Assembly: GCF_001194135.2 (NCBI RefSeq)
Contig: NC_069000.1
Location: 43,346,738-43,383,821, forward strand
Length of the DNA: 37,084 nt
Source of the DNA: Octopus bimaculoides
Lineage: Eukaryota
Reading direction: 5' to 3'
The notes beneath the pieces are model-generated. The model was not told where the DNA came from, searched no databases, and saw only the letters and a program-made list of their open reading frames with translations. Positions 21,939 through 33,847 of the stretch are shown here, in pieces. The position numbers and the translations under genes are program-made. How positions within the stretch are numbered: the first letter of the stretch is position 1; each line of letters begins with the position of its first letter.

Positions 21939-22268
21939 TGAAATCTTTTGTCAAAAGTCTTGACCATATTAATCCACCTTTTGAAAAGAAGGGGAATAAG
22001 AAGGTGTCTACCTTCAGATGTTTGGCATATGTTTCACCAGATACTCACAAAAGTGTCACCTTTAAATGGACTGTAAAACATAAGACTGAAAACGCTAAAC
22101 CAAAGATGACAAGCAAGAGAGTGCTTTTTCCGACAACTGACCAACATTGCATACCGATACAGTCGCTATATCAACACTCGTTAACTGACAAAGACGAGTC
22201 TGGGACGATTATCACATGTTCAGCATTTGGCAGCATACTTACAAAAGAAGTGAATATCATCGGTGCAA
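21939..22268 (+). CDS. Two-Ig gene copy 1, exon 3 (second Ig-like domain)
   Basis: Acceptor tttcctctacag, donor gtgagc, 330 nt, phase 1-1. Ig pattern FRC...FKW...ITC. The indel versus copy 2 is exactly one codon. Confidence 0.8.
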
Positions 22269-22321
22269 GTGAGCAAATATTCTTTTTCTTACATATCTTT
22301 ATTATCCTTATTTTCTTTAAA

Positions 22322-22625
22322 GGCAATGGTGTTGCTCTGTGGAAATACGTTTGCTTCCCAACGACATCCTTCACGACTCAGTCCCACTGCATGGCACCTT
22401 GGGCAAGTTTCTTTTATTCTAGCTCCAGCTCGACCAAAACCTTATGAGTAGATCTGATAGACGGAAACCGAAATAAGCCCGTCGTAAGAAGACCGACAGT
22501 ATGTAAAGCAGGTTTTAAACAATAAGTATTGGAGAAGATTTCTTCGACTGAACTCCACAAGTTTGTGTCCCACCTTGGCTGCAGTCCAATGACTGAATCA
22601 AGTAAAATTTAAAAGAAATAAAGAT
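22322..22625 (+). mobile_element. SINE family B in intron 3 of Ig copy 1
   Basis: cagtcccactgcatggcaccttgggcaag...gacggaaaccgaaataagcccgtcg...gctgcagtccaatgactgaatcaagtaaa. Orthologous position to 31742..32065. Confidence 0.7.
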
Positions 22626-22699
22626 ATAGGTAGCAATCACTTCTACATCGTCTCGAAACCACATTACACGGCATCAGGCCACAGGAAGACTCTCATCAA

Positions 22700-22940
22700 A
22701 CGACACCTCAAACATCACATCAGACATCATATCAAACATCAAATCAAACATCACATCAAAGTACACCACGCATCGTACATCATATAAAACAACGTATCAA
22801 ACATCACGACAAAACACATCAAACTTCATATTACATATCATACAGAACATCGCATCAAACACCACATCAAACATCATATCAAACATCACATCAAACATCA
22901 CATCAAACATCACATTAAACATCACATTATAGATCATATC
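22700..22940. repeat. 12-nt minisatellite (aaacatcacatc)n in intron 3 of copy 1, running into a gap
   Basis: Direct reading. Paralogous array at 32150..32335. Confidence 0.85.
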
Positions 22941-24049
22941 NNNNNNNNNNNNNNNNNNNNNNNNNNNNNNNNNNNNNNNNNNNNNNNNNNNNNNNNNNNN
23001 NNNNNNNNNNNNNNNNNNNNNNNNNNNNNNNNNNNNNNNNNNNNNNNNNNNNNNNNNNNNNNNNNNNNNNNNNNNNNNNNNNNNNNNNNNNNNNNNNNNN
23101 NNNNNNNNNNNNNNNNNNNNNNNNNNNNNNNNNNNNNNNNNNNNNNNNNNNNNNNNNNNNNNNNNNNNNNNNNNNNNNNNNNNNNNNNNNNNNNNNNNNN
23201 NNNNNNNNNNNNNNNNNNNNNNNNNNNNNNNNNNNNNNNNNNNNNNNNNNNNNNNNNNNNNNNNNNNNNNNNNNNNNNNNNNNNNNNNNNNNNNNNNNNN
23301 NNNNNNNNNNNNNNNNNNNNNNNNNNNNNNNNNNNNNNNNNNNNNNNNNNNNNNNNNNNNNNNNNNNNNNNNNNNNNNNNNNNNNNNNNNNNNNNNNNNN
23401 NNNNNNNNNNNNNNNNNNNNNNNNNNNNNNNNNNNNNNNNNNNNNNNNNNNNNNNNNNNNNNNNNNNNNNNNNNNNNNNNNNNNNNNNNNNNNNNNNNNN
23501 NNNNNNNNNNNNNNNNNNNNNNNNNNNNNNNNNNNNNNNNNNNNNNNNNNNNNNNNNNNNNNNNNNNNNNNNNNNNNNNNNNNNNNNNNNNNNNNNNNNN
23601 NNNNNNNNNNNNNNNNNNNNNNNNNNNNNNNNNNNNNNNNNNNNNNNNNNNNNNNNNNNNNNNNNNNNNNNNNNNNNNNNNNNNNNNNNNNNNNNNNNNN
23701 NNNNNNNNNNNNNNNNNNTGGACAAGAACGCAAAGCATCCAGAGCGTTAGGTGATACAAAAAAGGGATAACAAAACATCCAAACAGACGATACAAAGAAA
23801 ACAAGGACGGGTCATTCGGAGTTTTCTTTCCTCGGTCGAGTTCCAGATTATCCTTGCAATTTCGGCTGGTTATACTCGATATATATATATATATCAGAAT
23901 AGAGGGGCATTGTCAAACCAGGCAGAATATTTATTAATGTGTCTCTTAATACATATACGGAAGTCTAGCAAAAGAATTTGGGGGGTTGATATGTCTCCAG
24001 GTAATACTAATGTGAGATCCGAAGCAGAAGTTCATCATCGGTGACTTAT

Positions 24050-24288
24050 GATATTTTATTTGTTTATTGCCCACAGGGGGCTAGACATAGAGGGGACAAA
24101 CAAGGACAAACAAAGGACTAAGTCGGTTACATCGATCCCAGTGTGTAACTGGTACTTATGTAATCGACCCCGAAAGGATGAAACGCAGAGTCGACCTCTG
24201 CGGAATTTGAACTCAGAACGTAACGGCAGACGAAATACCGCCAAGCATTTCGCCCGGCATCCTAACGACTCTGCCAGCTTGCGGCGAC
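24050..24288 (-). mobile_element. SINE family A copy specific to unit 1
   Basis: ctggtacttatgtaatcgaccccgaaaggatg...gaatttgaactcagaacg...ctctgccagct. Confidence 0.75.
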
Positions 24289-24738
24289 TTATAATATTAT
24301 TGTTAGATAGGTGCCATTCATCAATTAGCAGGCACGAGTCTGCTAATTAATGAATGGTACATACATACATTCATTTACTATTTTCAGCCATACAGCTACA
24401 GTCAATGTGAAGCACGGAAACCGTTAGACTCTGGAGCTATGTGTATATATATATATATATATATGACTACTTTAAGTTTCTGTTAACTTTTAACAAGGCA
24501 TTGGTCGGTCCGAGATTACAATAGGGGGCAATTGCTCAATAAGAATGATTAAAATGGTGTTCGTTTTTCTCTAATTTTTTCATATATATTTCTATGGTTA
24601 CAGGTATATTCGTTGTTTAGTGACAATGGATGTGGGCAAGATTCATCCAATCGGAAAAGAAAGGTCCCAGAAAATATTTAGGAAAGTAAGTAAATGATAA
24701 TAATAGAAATGGAAAACTCAATTTATTACAAAATTTGA

Positions 24739-24744
24739 AATAAA
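24739..24744 (+). promoter_or_regulatory. Putative polyadenylation signal of Ig gene copy 1
   Basis: AATAAA inside a tract nearly identical to 32930..33140. Confidence 0.3.
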
Positions 24745-24886
24745 AATTAAAAAACTGGAACGTTGTGTCCTTAATTAAAATGTATTGTTGTATTAAAATT
24801 TACCCCGTTTCTCACGTACGTAAATATATGCATGTATATATGTATATATGTGGTCCTATAAATGTAAGTATATGTGTGTGTTTATG

Positions 24887-24932
<46 letters not shown>

Positions 24933-25067
24933 TGTATTTATGTGCGGGTATGTAAGTATACATGTGTGTGTCTATATATGTGTGTCTGTGAGTCTATGTC
25001 TATATATGTTTGTCTGTGCGTATATATACACGTGTATATTTCTGTGTGTATGTGGGTGGGGTGAGTT

Positions 25068-26526
25068 TGGTCAGGTAAAGCTCCTGGATTGGATGGTATT
25101 CCAGTTGAAATTCTGAAGGCATGTGGGGATCATATTTCATCTGAAATTCATAACCTGGTAACTCGAGTTTGGAATGAATCTTCTGTGCCACAAGAATGGA
25201 TAAATGGCATTCGAATCTCTGTATACAAGTGTAAGGGCCCGAAAGCAGTCTGTGGTAGTTCTAGAGGGATAACTCTTCTGTCACATACCACGAAGATACT
25301 TTCAAGGATCATGTTAGATCGTCTTGTTGAGAATGTGTCCACATGTGATTCCTGAAGAACAGTGGGTTTTCAGACCTGACCGAGGAACAAAGAACATGAT
25401 ATTTTCTGTGAGGCATGTTCAAGACAAATGCTTAGAGGAACAATTGCCACTATACCAGGTCGTCATAGATTTAACTAAGGCATTTGACACGGTAAAAAGG
25501 GAGGCACTATGGATTGTTTTGTGTAAATGTGGTTGTAAAACACATTTTGTGAGCATCGTTAAGGAACTACTCAGAAACATGAAATCTCAGGTAGTCTTTA
25601 ATGGTGAGGTATCTCATGAATTTTCGGTGGACAATGGTGTCAAACAGGGAGATATTCCTGGCCCTACACTTTTTCTATTTATTTTGCTGCATTACTTTGG
25701 TATGCTTTCAAGGATTGCAACAGGGGAATCGGAATCAGATTTCGGACATCTGGTCAGTCGTATTTTTTATTTGACCCAGTTTAACTGCAAAGCAAAGACT
25801 TTCAAAATGTTTGTTAGAGATGATAATGATTTGATGGCACACCCAGAGGAGGATATGCAACATTTAATGGACAGATTTTCCACTGCATGTGTACATTTTG
25901 GACTCACAATTAGTTTGGGGAAAACCAAAGTTATGTTTACTCACGTGCCAAGACAAACATATTCTGAACCGAACATTTTTGTGAATGGAACAACGTTAGA
26001 AGTCGTTGACACCTTTGTTTACCTAGGAAGCACACTATCAAGAGCTGGTTGTCTTGATGCAGAAATACACTATCGAATAGGGAAAGCTCGAAAAGCGAGT
26101 ATGGGTGGACAGGGGTATTTCCCTCCAGACAAAAATCAGTGTCTAAAAAGCATGTGTGTTGTCTGCACTTCTTTATTCAAGTGAGACATGGATCACTTAC
26201 AAGCGTCATATAAAAATGCTGGAGAGCTTTCATCAAAAGTGCTTCAGGACTCAAGTGGGAATGTTTCATACCAGATACGAGGTTTTGCGCATGGCACTTT
26301 GCAGCTCAATTGAACAACTTGTTATCTTGGCTCAAATGAAATAGACTGGACATGTTATTAGAATGAAAGACGAGTGTTTGCCAAAGCATCTTTTTCATGG
26401 TGAGCTCAATTCTGGTAAGCGACCGCAACATAAACCGAAGGAAAGGGATAAAAAGTGCGTGAAGGAAAACCTGAAGAAGCTAGATAGGAGGAAAAGTGAT
26501 TGAGAAAATGATGCTCTAGATCGGAA
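25068..26526 (+). mobile_element. RTE-clade LINE reverse transcriptase fragment, truncated at both ends, unit 1 only
   Basis: KAPGLDGIPVEILK, RGITLLS, DLTKAFDTV, GVKQG..PGPTLF, HFGLTISLGKTKVM, FVYLGS and W.GHVIRM..ECLPK.LFHGEL, with frameshifts. Confidence 0.92.
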
Positions 26527-26918
26527 TATATACTAGTCAGTGTAGTGGGGGGAGGGTGCTTATCGAAAGATTTTAAGGGGTGCATGTATTAATTTTTATA
26601 TAGACAGATAGATAAAGCGGTGAAGAATAGCAGATAGCATGTGCTGTCGTTCTTTCAGTGACCACCAACGATGGCCAGAGTTGGCAAAAGTGAAGGGGCA
26701 GAACATCCTCTATAATTCTATAATTTATTCGGTCATGAAACTACGTAACGCGTACATACATATATATATGACGGATTTTCACTCAGCTTCCGTCGAGAAG
26801 GATTTAGTAGGGCGCAGGTCTATAATGGAAGACACTTGCCCAAAGTGCTGCACGATTGCAAATTGATCCTCTTATGATCACATCCATACCTACGCGTTAC
26901 ATAAGCATGTGTGTTTTG

Positions 26919-26993
<75 letters not shown>

Positions 26994-27721
26994 ATTATAG
27001 ACTGATAGATCTGAGCGACCACAAATCGAAATAGGACACGATATGATCTATAAAAGTTGAAGAAAAATGTAGAACAAATCCACACCTAACACATACCACC
27101 ACGCACATACACATAAACAAACACACACACATACACACACGCACACTCACATTCGCACACATACAGATACGCACTTTTATTTACAGATTTAATGATATTT
27201 TGGCAAAGATCCTCCGTTGACACGATCTCACTGCTTAACTTTCCCGAAGCTAAATGTTTCGAATGCAGACACGCGGTGAATTTACTTTGGAATAATTTTG
27301 AGAATAGTTCTTTCCAATCATGTAAATTCCAAAGGAGATATTCTTGAAGAATTTAGCAGCGTTTTCTAAATTCAAAATACTCAGTTTTCGTAAATTGTTG
27401 AATTAACAAAAGCAGAGATTCTTTGCTGACAAATAATATATGAGTGTATGCATATATACGTACATGTATGTACATATCTTCATCTACATGTATATATAGA
27501 TGCATATCTGGGTACAAGACGTTGCAAACAAAACGTTGACAAAATGATAAACAGAGTACAGAAAACACACAGGCCACATAGAGAACATTTCCTTCATCAG
27601 CTGCCACCATTCTAAAACTAAGCGTAAGTGTCTTCTTTGTTGCCTTAACATCAGAATAGTGAAAGTAAAGGTAAATATATAAACTGTGTTGTTTTTTTCT
27701 CTTTCTTACGCCTTCAAAACC

Positions 27722-27881
27722 TTTATTACCTCCACCTTCGCTAAAGCGGAGGTACTGTTTAGAGACGTGTTTGTTTGTTTGTCTGTGGACGAGATATCTC
27801 AAGAACCGATGGATGGATTTGGATGAAAATTCCAGGAATGTTTAGCCTCGCGACTGGCACGAACTGACTAGATTTTGAGAT
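27722..27881. mobile_element. Possible non-autonomous Helentron/HINE-like element end
   Basis: ttattacctcc...ggaggt hairpin, then gtttgtttgtttgtctgt and gatggatttggatgaaaatt, a layout recalled from DINE/HINE-like repeats. Cut by a gap. Confidence 0.4.
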
Positions 27882-28744
27882 NNNNNNNNNNNNNNNNNNN
27901 NNNNNNNNNNNNNNNNNNNNNNNNNNNNNNNNNNNNNNNNNNNNNNNNNNNNNNNNNNNNNNNNNNNNNNNNNNNNNNNNNNNNNNNNNNNNNNNNNNNN
28001 NNNNNNNNNNNNNNNNNNNNNNNNNNNNNNNNNNNNNNNNNNNNNNNNNNNNNNNNNNNNNNNNNNNNNNNNNNNNNNNNNNNNNNNNNNNNNNNNNNNN
28101 NNNNNNNNNNNNNNNNNNNNNNNNNNNNNNNNNNNNNNNNNNNNNNNNNNNNNNNNNNNNNNNNNNNNNNNNNNNNNNNNNNNNNNNNNNNNNNNNNNNN
28201 NNNNNNNNNNNNNNNNNNNNNNNNNNNNNNNNNNNNNNNNNNNNNNNNNNNNNNNNNNNNNNNNNNNNNNNNNNNNNNNNNNNNNNNNNNNNNNNNNNNN
28301 NNNNNNNNNNNNNNNNNNNNNNNNNNNNNNNNNNNNNNNNNNNNNNNNNNNNNNNNNNNNNNNNNNNNNNNNNNNNNNNNNNNNNNNNNNNNNNNNNNNN
28401 NNNNNNNNNNNNNNNNNNNNNNNNNNNNNNNNNNNNNNNNNNNNNNNNNNNNNNNNNNNNNNNNNNNNNNNNNNNNNNNNNNNNNNNNNNNNNNNNNNNN
28501 NNNNNNNNNNNNNNNNNNNNNNNNNNNNNNNNNNNNNNNNNNNNNNNNNNNNNNNNNNNNNNNNNNNNNATATATATATATATATATATATATATACTGG
28601 ATAGATATACTGGATAGATACTATCCCTTAGTGGGTTGAACCCCCAACCCCTAACTCTCTCACGTTATATATATATATACGTGAGTGAGTGTGTGTGTGC
28701 GTGTGTATGTGGTTGTGTGTGTGTAGACACAGACATCTCAACAT

Positions 28745-29525
28745 TAAATGAACACCTTGATGTTTGAAAGCTTTAATTATCCATAGATCACTTCGTTTAA
28801 TATTTCCTAACCGAAGAAGAGGTTTCCTTCCTGCTATAGTAGCCATGTTGGTGGACATACTTCACAGAAGTACTCCGACTCACTTGGACTGGCTCTACAT
28901 CATTTGCCTGACAACGAGCATTGTTTTTAGTAAACCACCTAACAGCCCAAAGACTGCTTCGTCTCAGTGGCGTACCCTTAGCCCCAACATTCGTCAACGG
29001 AGAGGATCCTCGACATGAAGGGCGGATCATCAGCGGCAAGCTGACAGAGACCTTGACTGACCTCAACACGATGTTCGTTCTGTTCAGTTATCAGCAGCCA
29101 GTGGACAAACTAAGCAGAGACATGCCGCATGTTTCTATTCAGACGTTCCGATTGCCTGTACGGACCCATACGACAGGCCAACAGCATTAACAATGTCGTT
29201 GATAGTCCTCTGACGATCCTCGTACACAAGCTGATGAATTTTCGCCACATTTCCGAGGTTGACGCTCGTGGCAATCTTCCTGATCGCTCATCCTCTTCCA
29301 GAGAGGATCTTTCGATTTTGAAGCGTCTGCGCCTTACGATACGTTGCGCACAACCCACTGCCCCATGGTCGTAAGCTTGTCGAAGTATGTTCAATGTCTC
29401 TGTAGTAAACTTTCCAGGTTTAACGCTAAATTTTACATTGACTCTTTGTTCCAACTTCCTGTCTATGACAAAATCGCAGACTACAGTACACACATGATCA
29501 CAAAAAACACAAATTTTCACACTTT
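28745..29525 (-). mobile_element. Mariner transposon remnant, unit 2
   Basis: KLEQRVNVKFSVKPGK...EEDERSGR, continuing NMRHVSA*FVHWLL...DDPPFMSRILSVDECWG*GYATETKQ (first catalytic D region), with stops. Confidence 0.85.
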
Positions 29526-29950
29526 AGTAGCTCTACTTTGTATCGTTTGCAAACTGATATGTTCTACGATCATTAAAGTGCAACGACCTCCACAATAACC
29601 AGCCTTCAATTTGGTTTTCCGTTCCTAGGTTAATCGGAAACGTAGATTGCAGTGCTACTCATAAACCTTCTCGCTAGTTCAGTTATTTGGTGGGAAAATG
29701 CCACCAAAGCAACTTAAACCGTCCAAAAGGACAGGTTCATCTTCTAGTCCTTTATAAAAGCTAATTTTAAAATATTTTTCTCATTTCCGATGAGACTTTT
29801 TTTATGATTATTATTATTTTTCCTGTTTTGCTTATTTTGCTCCTTTTCATTAATTAACTAATTATTTTTATCACTAATTAGTTTCATCACATTTCGACAA
29901 GAAAAACTATTGCCAAATTTGTTCTAATTCATATTTGACCTGGATCAAAT

Positions 29951-30104
29951 ATGTCACGTGGTTACAGTGCTTTTGTTCGTGGTAGTTGGCGCTCGTTTTC
30001 TCTACCTGCGAACTTGTTGACAACGACGACGACGATGACGACGATGATGATGATGATGATGATGATGATTATAACAGTGATGATATTCCCGTGCACCTCA
30101 CTCA
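29951..30104 (+). CDS. Two-Ig gene copy 2, exon 1 (signal peptide with T5MT2M8 run)
   Basis: Paralogous to 19294..19429. Donor A|gtaagt. A 127-nt intron leads in frame to exon 2. Confidence 0.75.
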
Positions 30105-30231
30105 GTAAGTTAAGATTAAAAACAATAAATTTATTTCTTCAAGCTTTTCTTTCTCTCGCCTCTTTCAACAACTCTCTCGCACTTATACTGTCTTTTCATT
30201 GTTCGTCCATTTATTTATTCCTCCCTCATAG

Positions 30232-30564
30232 ATCGTGTTGAAATGACAAGCCTAACGCCTTTCGAGGGATTTAGCATCACTGGACCAACGAGAATGGAAA
30301 TAACATGTCGCTTTGAAGCCAAAAACTTAGGCTTCTTCAGACTCAGACGTAACGATGAAGTCATTGTTGATATTGGTTTCCACGAAGGTGTGGGAGTTTT
30401 TGAAGTCATTCATGCCGTGAAAGATTTCGGCTGCACCTTACCGCGAGCTGCAACGACGAGAGGTGAATTGTACTGCTGGAAAAATAACCTAGATTGCAGT
30501 GATGTAGCATCTTATACATGTGAGATATCGAATGCAAACGAGTCGAATTCAAGGTTTCTGAAAG
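30232..30564 (+). CDS. Two-Ig gene copy 2, exon 2 (V-like Ig domain)
   Basis: Acceptor ccctcatag, donor gttaat, 333 nt, phase 1-1. ITC...DVASYTC motifs. 76/111 aa identical to copy 1 (hand count). Confidence 0.85.
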
Positions 30565-30655
30565 GTTAATTTTGTTTCAGATCTTCAGATCTTCCATCTT
30601 GTTTCGTCAAATCTGTCGCAATACCTGCATTTAGGGGTCAAAACTGTTTTATTAA

Positions 30656-30741
<86 letters not shown>

Positions 30742-31188
30742 AAGCGGTGAGATTGTACACCCTTTAATACGCCGAGCAAAATGCTTACCGGTATTTCGAT
30801 CGTCCGTACATTTTGGGGTTGAAATACCGTCGAGGTAGATTTGTCGTTTTCCTATCGGGGTTGATAAAATGAGTGCCACTTGAGTACTGGGGTCGATGTT
30901 AGCGAGTATCGCCCTCCCCCACTATAAATTTCAGGCCTTGTACCTTTAGTAGAAAGGATTATTATCATTATTATTAGGGCAGTGAGCTGGCAGAATCGTT
31001 AGCGAGTCAGGAATAATGCTTAACGGCATTTCATCCATCCTTACGTTCTGAGTTCAAATCCCACCAGGGTCGACTTTGCATTTAATCCTTTCGGGGTTGA
31101 TGAATTAAGTACCAGTGAAACACTGGGGTCGATCTAATCCACTGGCTCCCAAACATTGTCGGGCCTTGTGCCTAGAGTAGAAAAAAAA
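30742..31188 (+). mobile_element. Two tandem SINE family A copies in intron 2 of Ig copy 2
   Basis: An older copy at about 30742..30960 and a younger copy at 30977..31188 (gagctggcagaatcgttagc...gggccttgtgcctagagtagaaaaaaaa). Confidence 0.75.
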
Positions 31189-31375
31189 GTGTTGCTATAG
31201 TTATAACATAAATTAGTTGAAGCCCTGTAAATCGCAAACATTTCACAGTAGCATCTCAGACAGTTTGAGTGATATTCTATGTTCTAGTTTTCTATCAACA
31301 TTGAAATTTGTATCAATATATCCATAAAGTATGATATTTTGAATCTTATTGCCCTAAAATACATTTTCTCTGCAG

Positions 31376-31702
31376 TGAAATCTTTTGTCAAAAGTCTTAA
31401 AAATATCGATCTACCTTCTGAGAAGAAGAAAAATAAGGTGTCTACATTCAGGTGTTTGGCATATGTTTCACCAGCTACACACGACTCTGTCACCTTTAGA
31501 TGGACTCTAAAACATAAGACTGAAAACGCTAAACCAAAGATGACAGACAACAAAGTGACTCTTCCGAAAACTGGCCAACGCTGCATAGCAGTGCAGTCGC
31601 TGCATCGACACACCTTAACCGACAAAGATGACACTGGAACAATTATCTCATGTTCAGCATTTGGCAGGACACTTTCAAAACAAGTGAATATCTTCGGTGC
31701 AA
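31376..31702 (+). CDS. Two-Ig gene copy 2, exon 3 (second Ig-like domain)
   Basis: Acceptor ttttctctgcag, donor gtgagc, 327 nt, phase 1-1. FRC...FRW...ISC pattern. About 71% aa identity to copy 1. Confidence 0.82.
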
Positions 31703-31741
31703 GTGAGCAAATATCCTTTTTTCGTATCCTTATTTTCTTTA

Positions 31742-32065
31742 AAGGCAATGGCGTTGCTCTGTGAGAATACGTTTGCTTCCCAACCACATCTTTCACGACT
31801 CAGTCCCACTGCATGGCACCTTGAGTAAGCATCTTCTATTCTAGTCCCGGGTTGAACAAAGCCTTATGAACAGATCTGATAGACGGAAACTGAAAGAAGC
31901 CTTTCGTAAATCCTCATGATATATCGGTTCGAGAAAAGAAGACGGAGAGTATGAGTAGGTTTTAAAGCATTGGGGACGATTTGCTTGACTGAACTCATTA
32001 AGTCGGTGCCCCATCTTGGCTGCAGTTCAATGACTGAATCAAGTAAAATTTAAAAGGAAAAAAGA
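31742..32065 (+). mobile_element. SINE family B in intron 3 of Ig copy 2 (predates the duplication)
   Basis: Same position after exon 3 and near-collinear with 22322..22625. Confidence 0.7.
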
Positions 32066-32149
32066 TATGGGCAGCAATCGCTGCTACATCGTCTCAAAAC
32101 CACATTACAGGGCATCAGGCCAAAGAAAGAACCTCATCAATCCACATTT

Positions 32150-32335
32150 CAAACATCACATCAGACATCACATCAAACATCACATCAATCCACGTATAGT
32201 ACATCATATCAAACATCACATCAAACATCACATCAAACATCACATCAAAACATACCAAACAACACATCAAGCCACACGACAAACATATGAAACCAGACAT
32301 TAAATTTCAAACCAAACAAGACATCACATCAAACT
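32150..32335. repeat. 12-nt minisatellite (aaacatcacatc)n in intron 3 of copy 2
   Basis: Direct reading. Confidence 0.85.
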
Positions 32336-32498
32336 GAAAGTATGAAAGCCTATTGGTGATAAGAATAAATGTGAATTCAGTTTCTTTGTCAGACACTAAA
32401 TCTCCTGCTTTGATGCACCAAATATTATTCCAAACTCCATGNNNNNNNNNNATGCACCAAATATTATTCCAAACTCCATGATTTTTTTGTCTTTGCAG

Positions 32499-32593
32499 AA
32501 TCTAGCAGCACCATTTCTGCTCTACCAGATACGACATGGCTTTCTGTCTCCAAACTTTCTTTTCTCTTTCTGGTTCTTGCAAGTTGCCGCTAG
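32499..32593 (+). CDS. Two-Ig gene copy 2, putative last exon (KSSSTISALPDTTWLSVSKLSFLFLVLASCR*), GPI-signal-like
   Basis: Strong acceptor ttttttgtctttgcag. The phase-1 reading required by exon 3 gives a Ser cluster, polar spacer, short hydrophobic tail and TAG at 32591-32593. Total spliced CDS is 909 nt (302 aa + stop). Confidence 0.6.
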
Positions 32594-33047
32594 CATCATC
32601 CCGTTTTTACTCAAGGATTATAAGGAAGGTTTGTTTTCCCATCTTATTACTTCATATCTCGCTTCTCCAATCATGTTGTTTTTTTGTTTTTTTTATCAGT
32701 TTACGCACTTACCACACAGCTTCTTATTACAAAGTCATGCCTATATATATTGACTTCTTTCAGCTTCTGTTTACTTAATAATCATTGATAAGGCTTTGAT
32801 TGGGCCGAGACTACAATAGGAGGTATTTGCTCAGTAAGAATGATTAAAATAGCATTCGTTTTCTTCTAACTTCTTCGTATATATTTCTTTGGTTACAGGT
32901 ACATTGGTTCTTTAGTGCTCGTAGGATTTTGACAATGGATGTGGGCAAGATTCATCCAATCGGAAAAGAAAAGTTCCAGAAAATATTTAGGAAAGTAAGT
33001 AAATGATAATAATAGAAATGGAAAACTCAATTTATTACAAAATTTGA

Positions 33048-33053
33048 AATAAA
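33048..33053 (+). promoter_or_regulatory. Putative polyadenylation signal of Ig gene copy 2
   Basis: AATAAA about 455 nt after the stop, followed by GT-rich cgttgtgtcc. Conserved in unit 1 at 24739..24744. Confidence 0.35.
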
Positions 33054-33287
33054 AAATTTGAAAACTGGAACGTTGTGTCCTTAATTAAAATGTTTTATTG
33101 TATTAAAAATTTATCCCGTTTCTCACGTACGTAAATGTATGCATGTATATATGTATATATGTGTTCGTATAAATGTGAGTGAGTATATGCATGTGTTTAT
33201 GTCTGTATATATGTGTATGTGTGTGTGTGTGTCTATGTATGTGTATGTATCCGTATATATGTATGCATGTGGACACACGCATATATA

Positions 33288-33326
<39 letters not shown>

Positions 33327-33341
33327 NNNNNNNNNNNNNNN

Positions 33342-33404
<63 letters not shown>

Positions 33405-33676
33405 AGCTGGTAAAAAAGCGAGAGAGAAAAGGGGAGAGAGAAAGATTAATGTAAAATGGTCATAGAAGTGTCAAAAAGAGTGACTATCGACAATCGGAGA
33501 TGTTAGTATATTCCAGTTTGTCGAAAGTGAAGAAAGGATCAGAATAAAACAGGCATGCGTTAATTAGTTCCATGATAGAATAAATAATAGATATATAGGT
33601 AAAATCCATTAGCAGTTTCAAACGAGAATGTTTGATGAGAATCCATGGCGCGGAATTTTGAACGTCCGAATTCCAA

Positions 33677-33847
33677 TTTAGTAGTAGAGTAGATATTTAG
33701 TAGTAGAGTAGATATTTAGTAGTAGAGTAGATATTTAGTAGTAGAGTAGATATTTAGTAGTAGAGTACATATTTAGTAGTAGAGTACATATTTAGTAGTA
33801 GAGTACATATTTAGTAGTATAGTAGATATTTAGTAGTAGAGTAGATA
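33677..33847. repeat. 19-nt minisatellite (tttagtagtagagtagata) x9
   Basis: Nine head-to-tail units with few variants (gagtacata, tagtatag). Confidence 0.92.

Noticed and set aside
26639-26866. Near-identical ORFs MCCRSFSDHQRW… at 26639 and 33955
   Set aside because: Conservation reflects the segmental duplication; the 3' half is antisense SINE B and no domain is recognisable.
27560-27610. Minus-strand CTGATGA suggesting a hammerhead ribozyme (also near 18915 and 36485)
   Set aside because: No stem II followed by GAAA could be built at any of these sites.
32412-32480. Direct duplication atgcaccaaatattattccaaactccatg around 10 Ns
   Set aside because: Same overlap artifact. It lies just upstream of, and does not affect, the acceptor at 32498.
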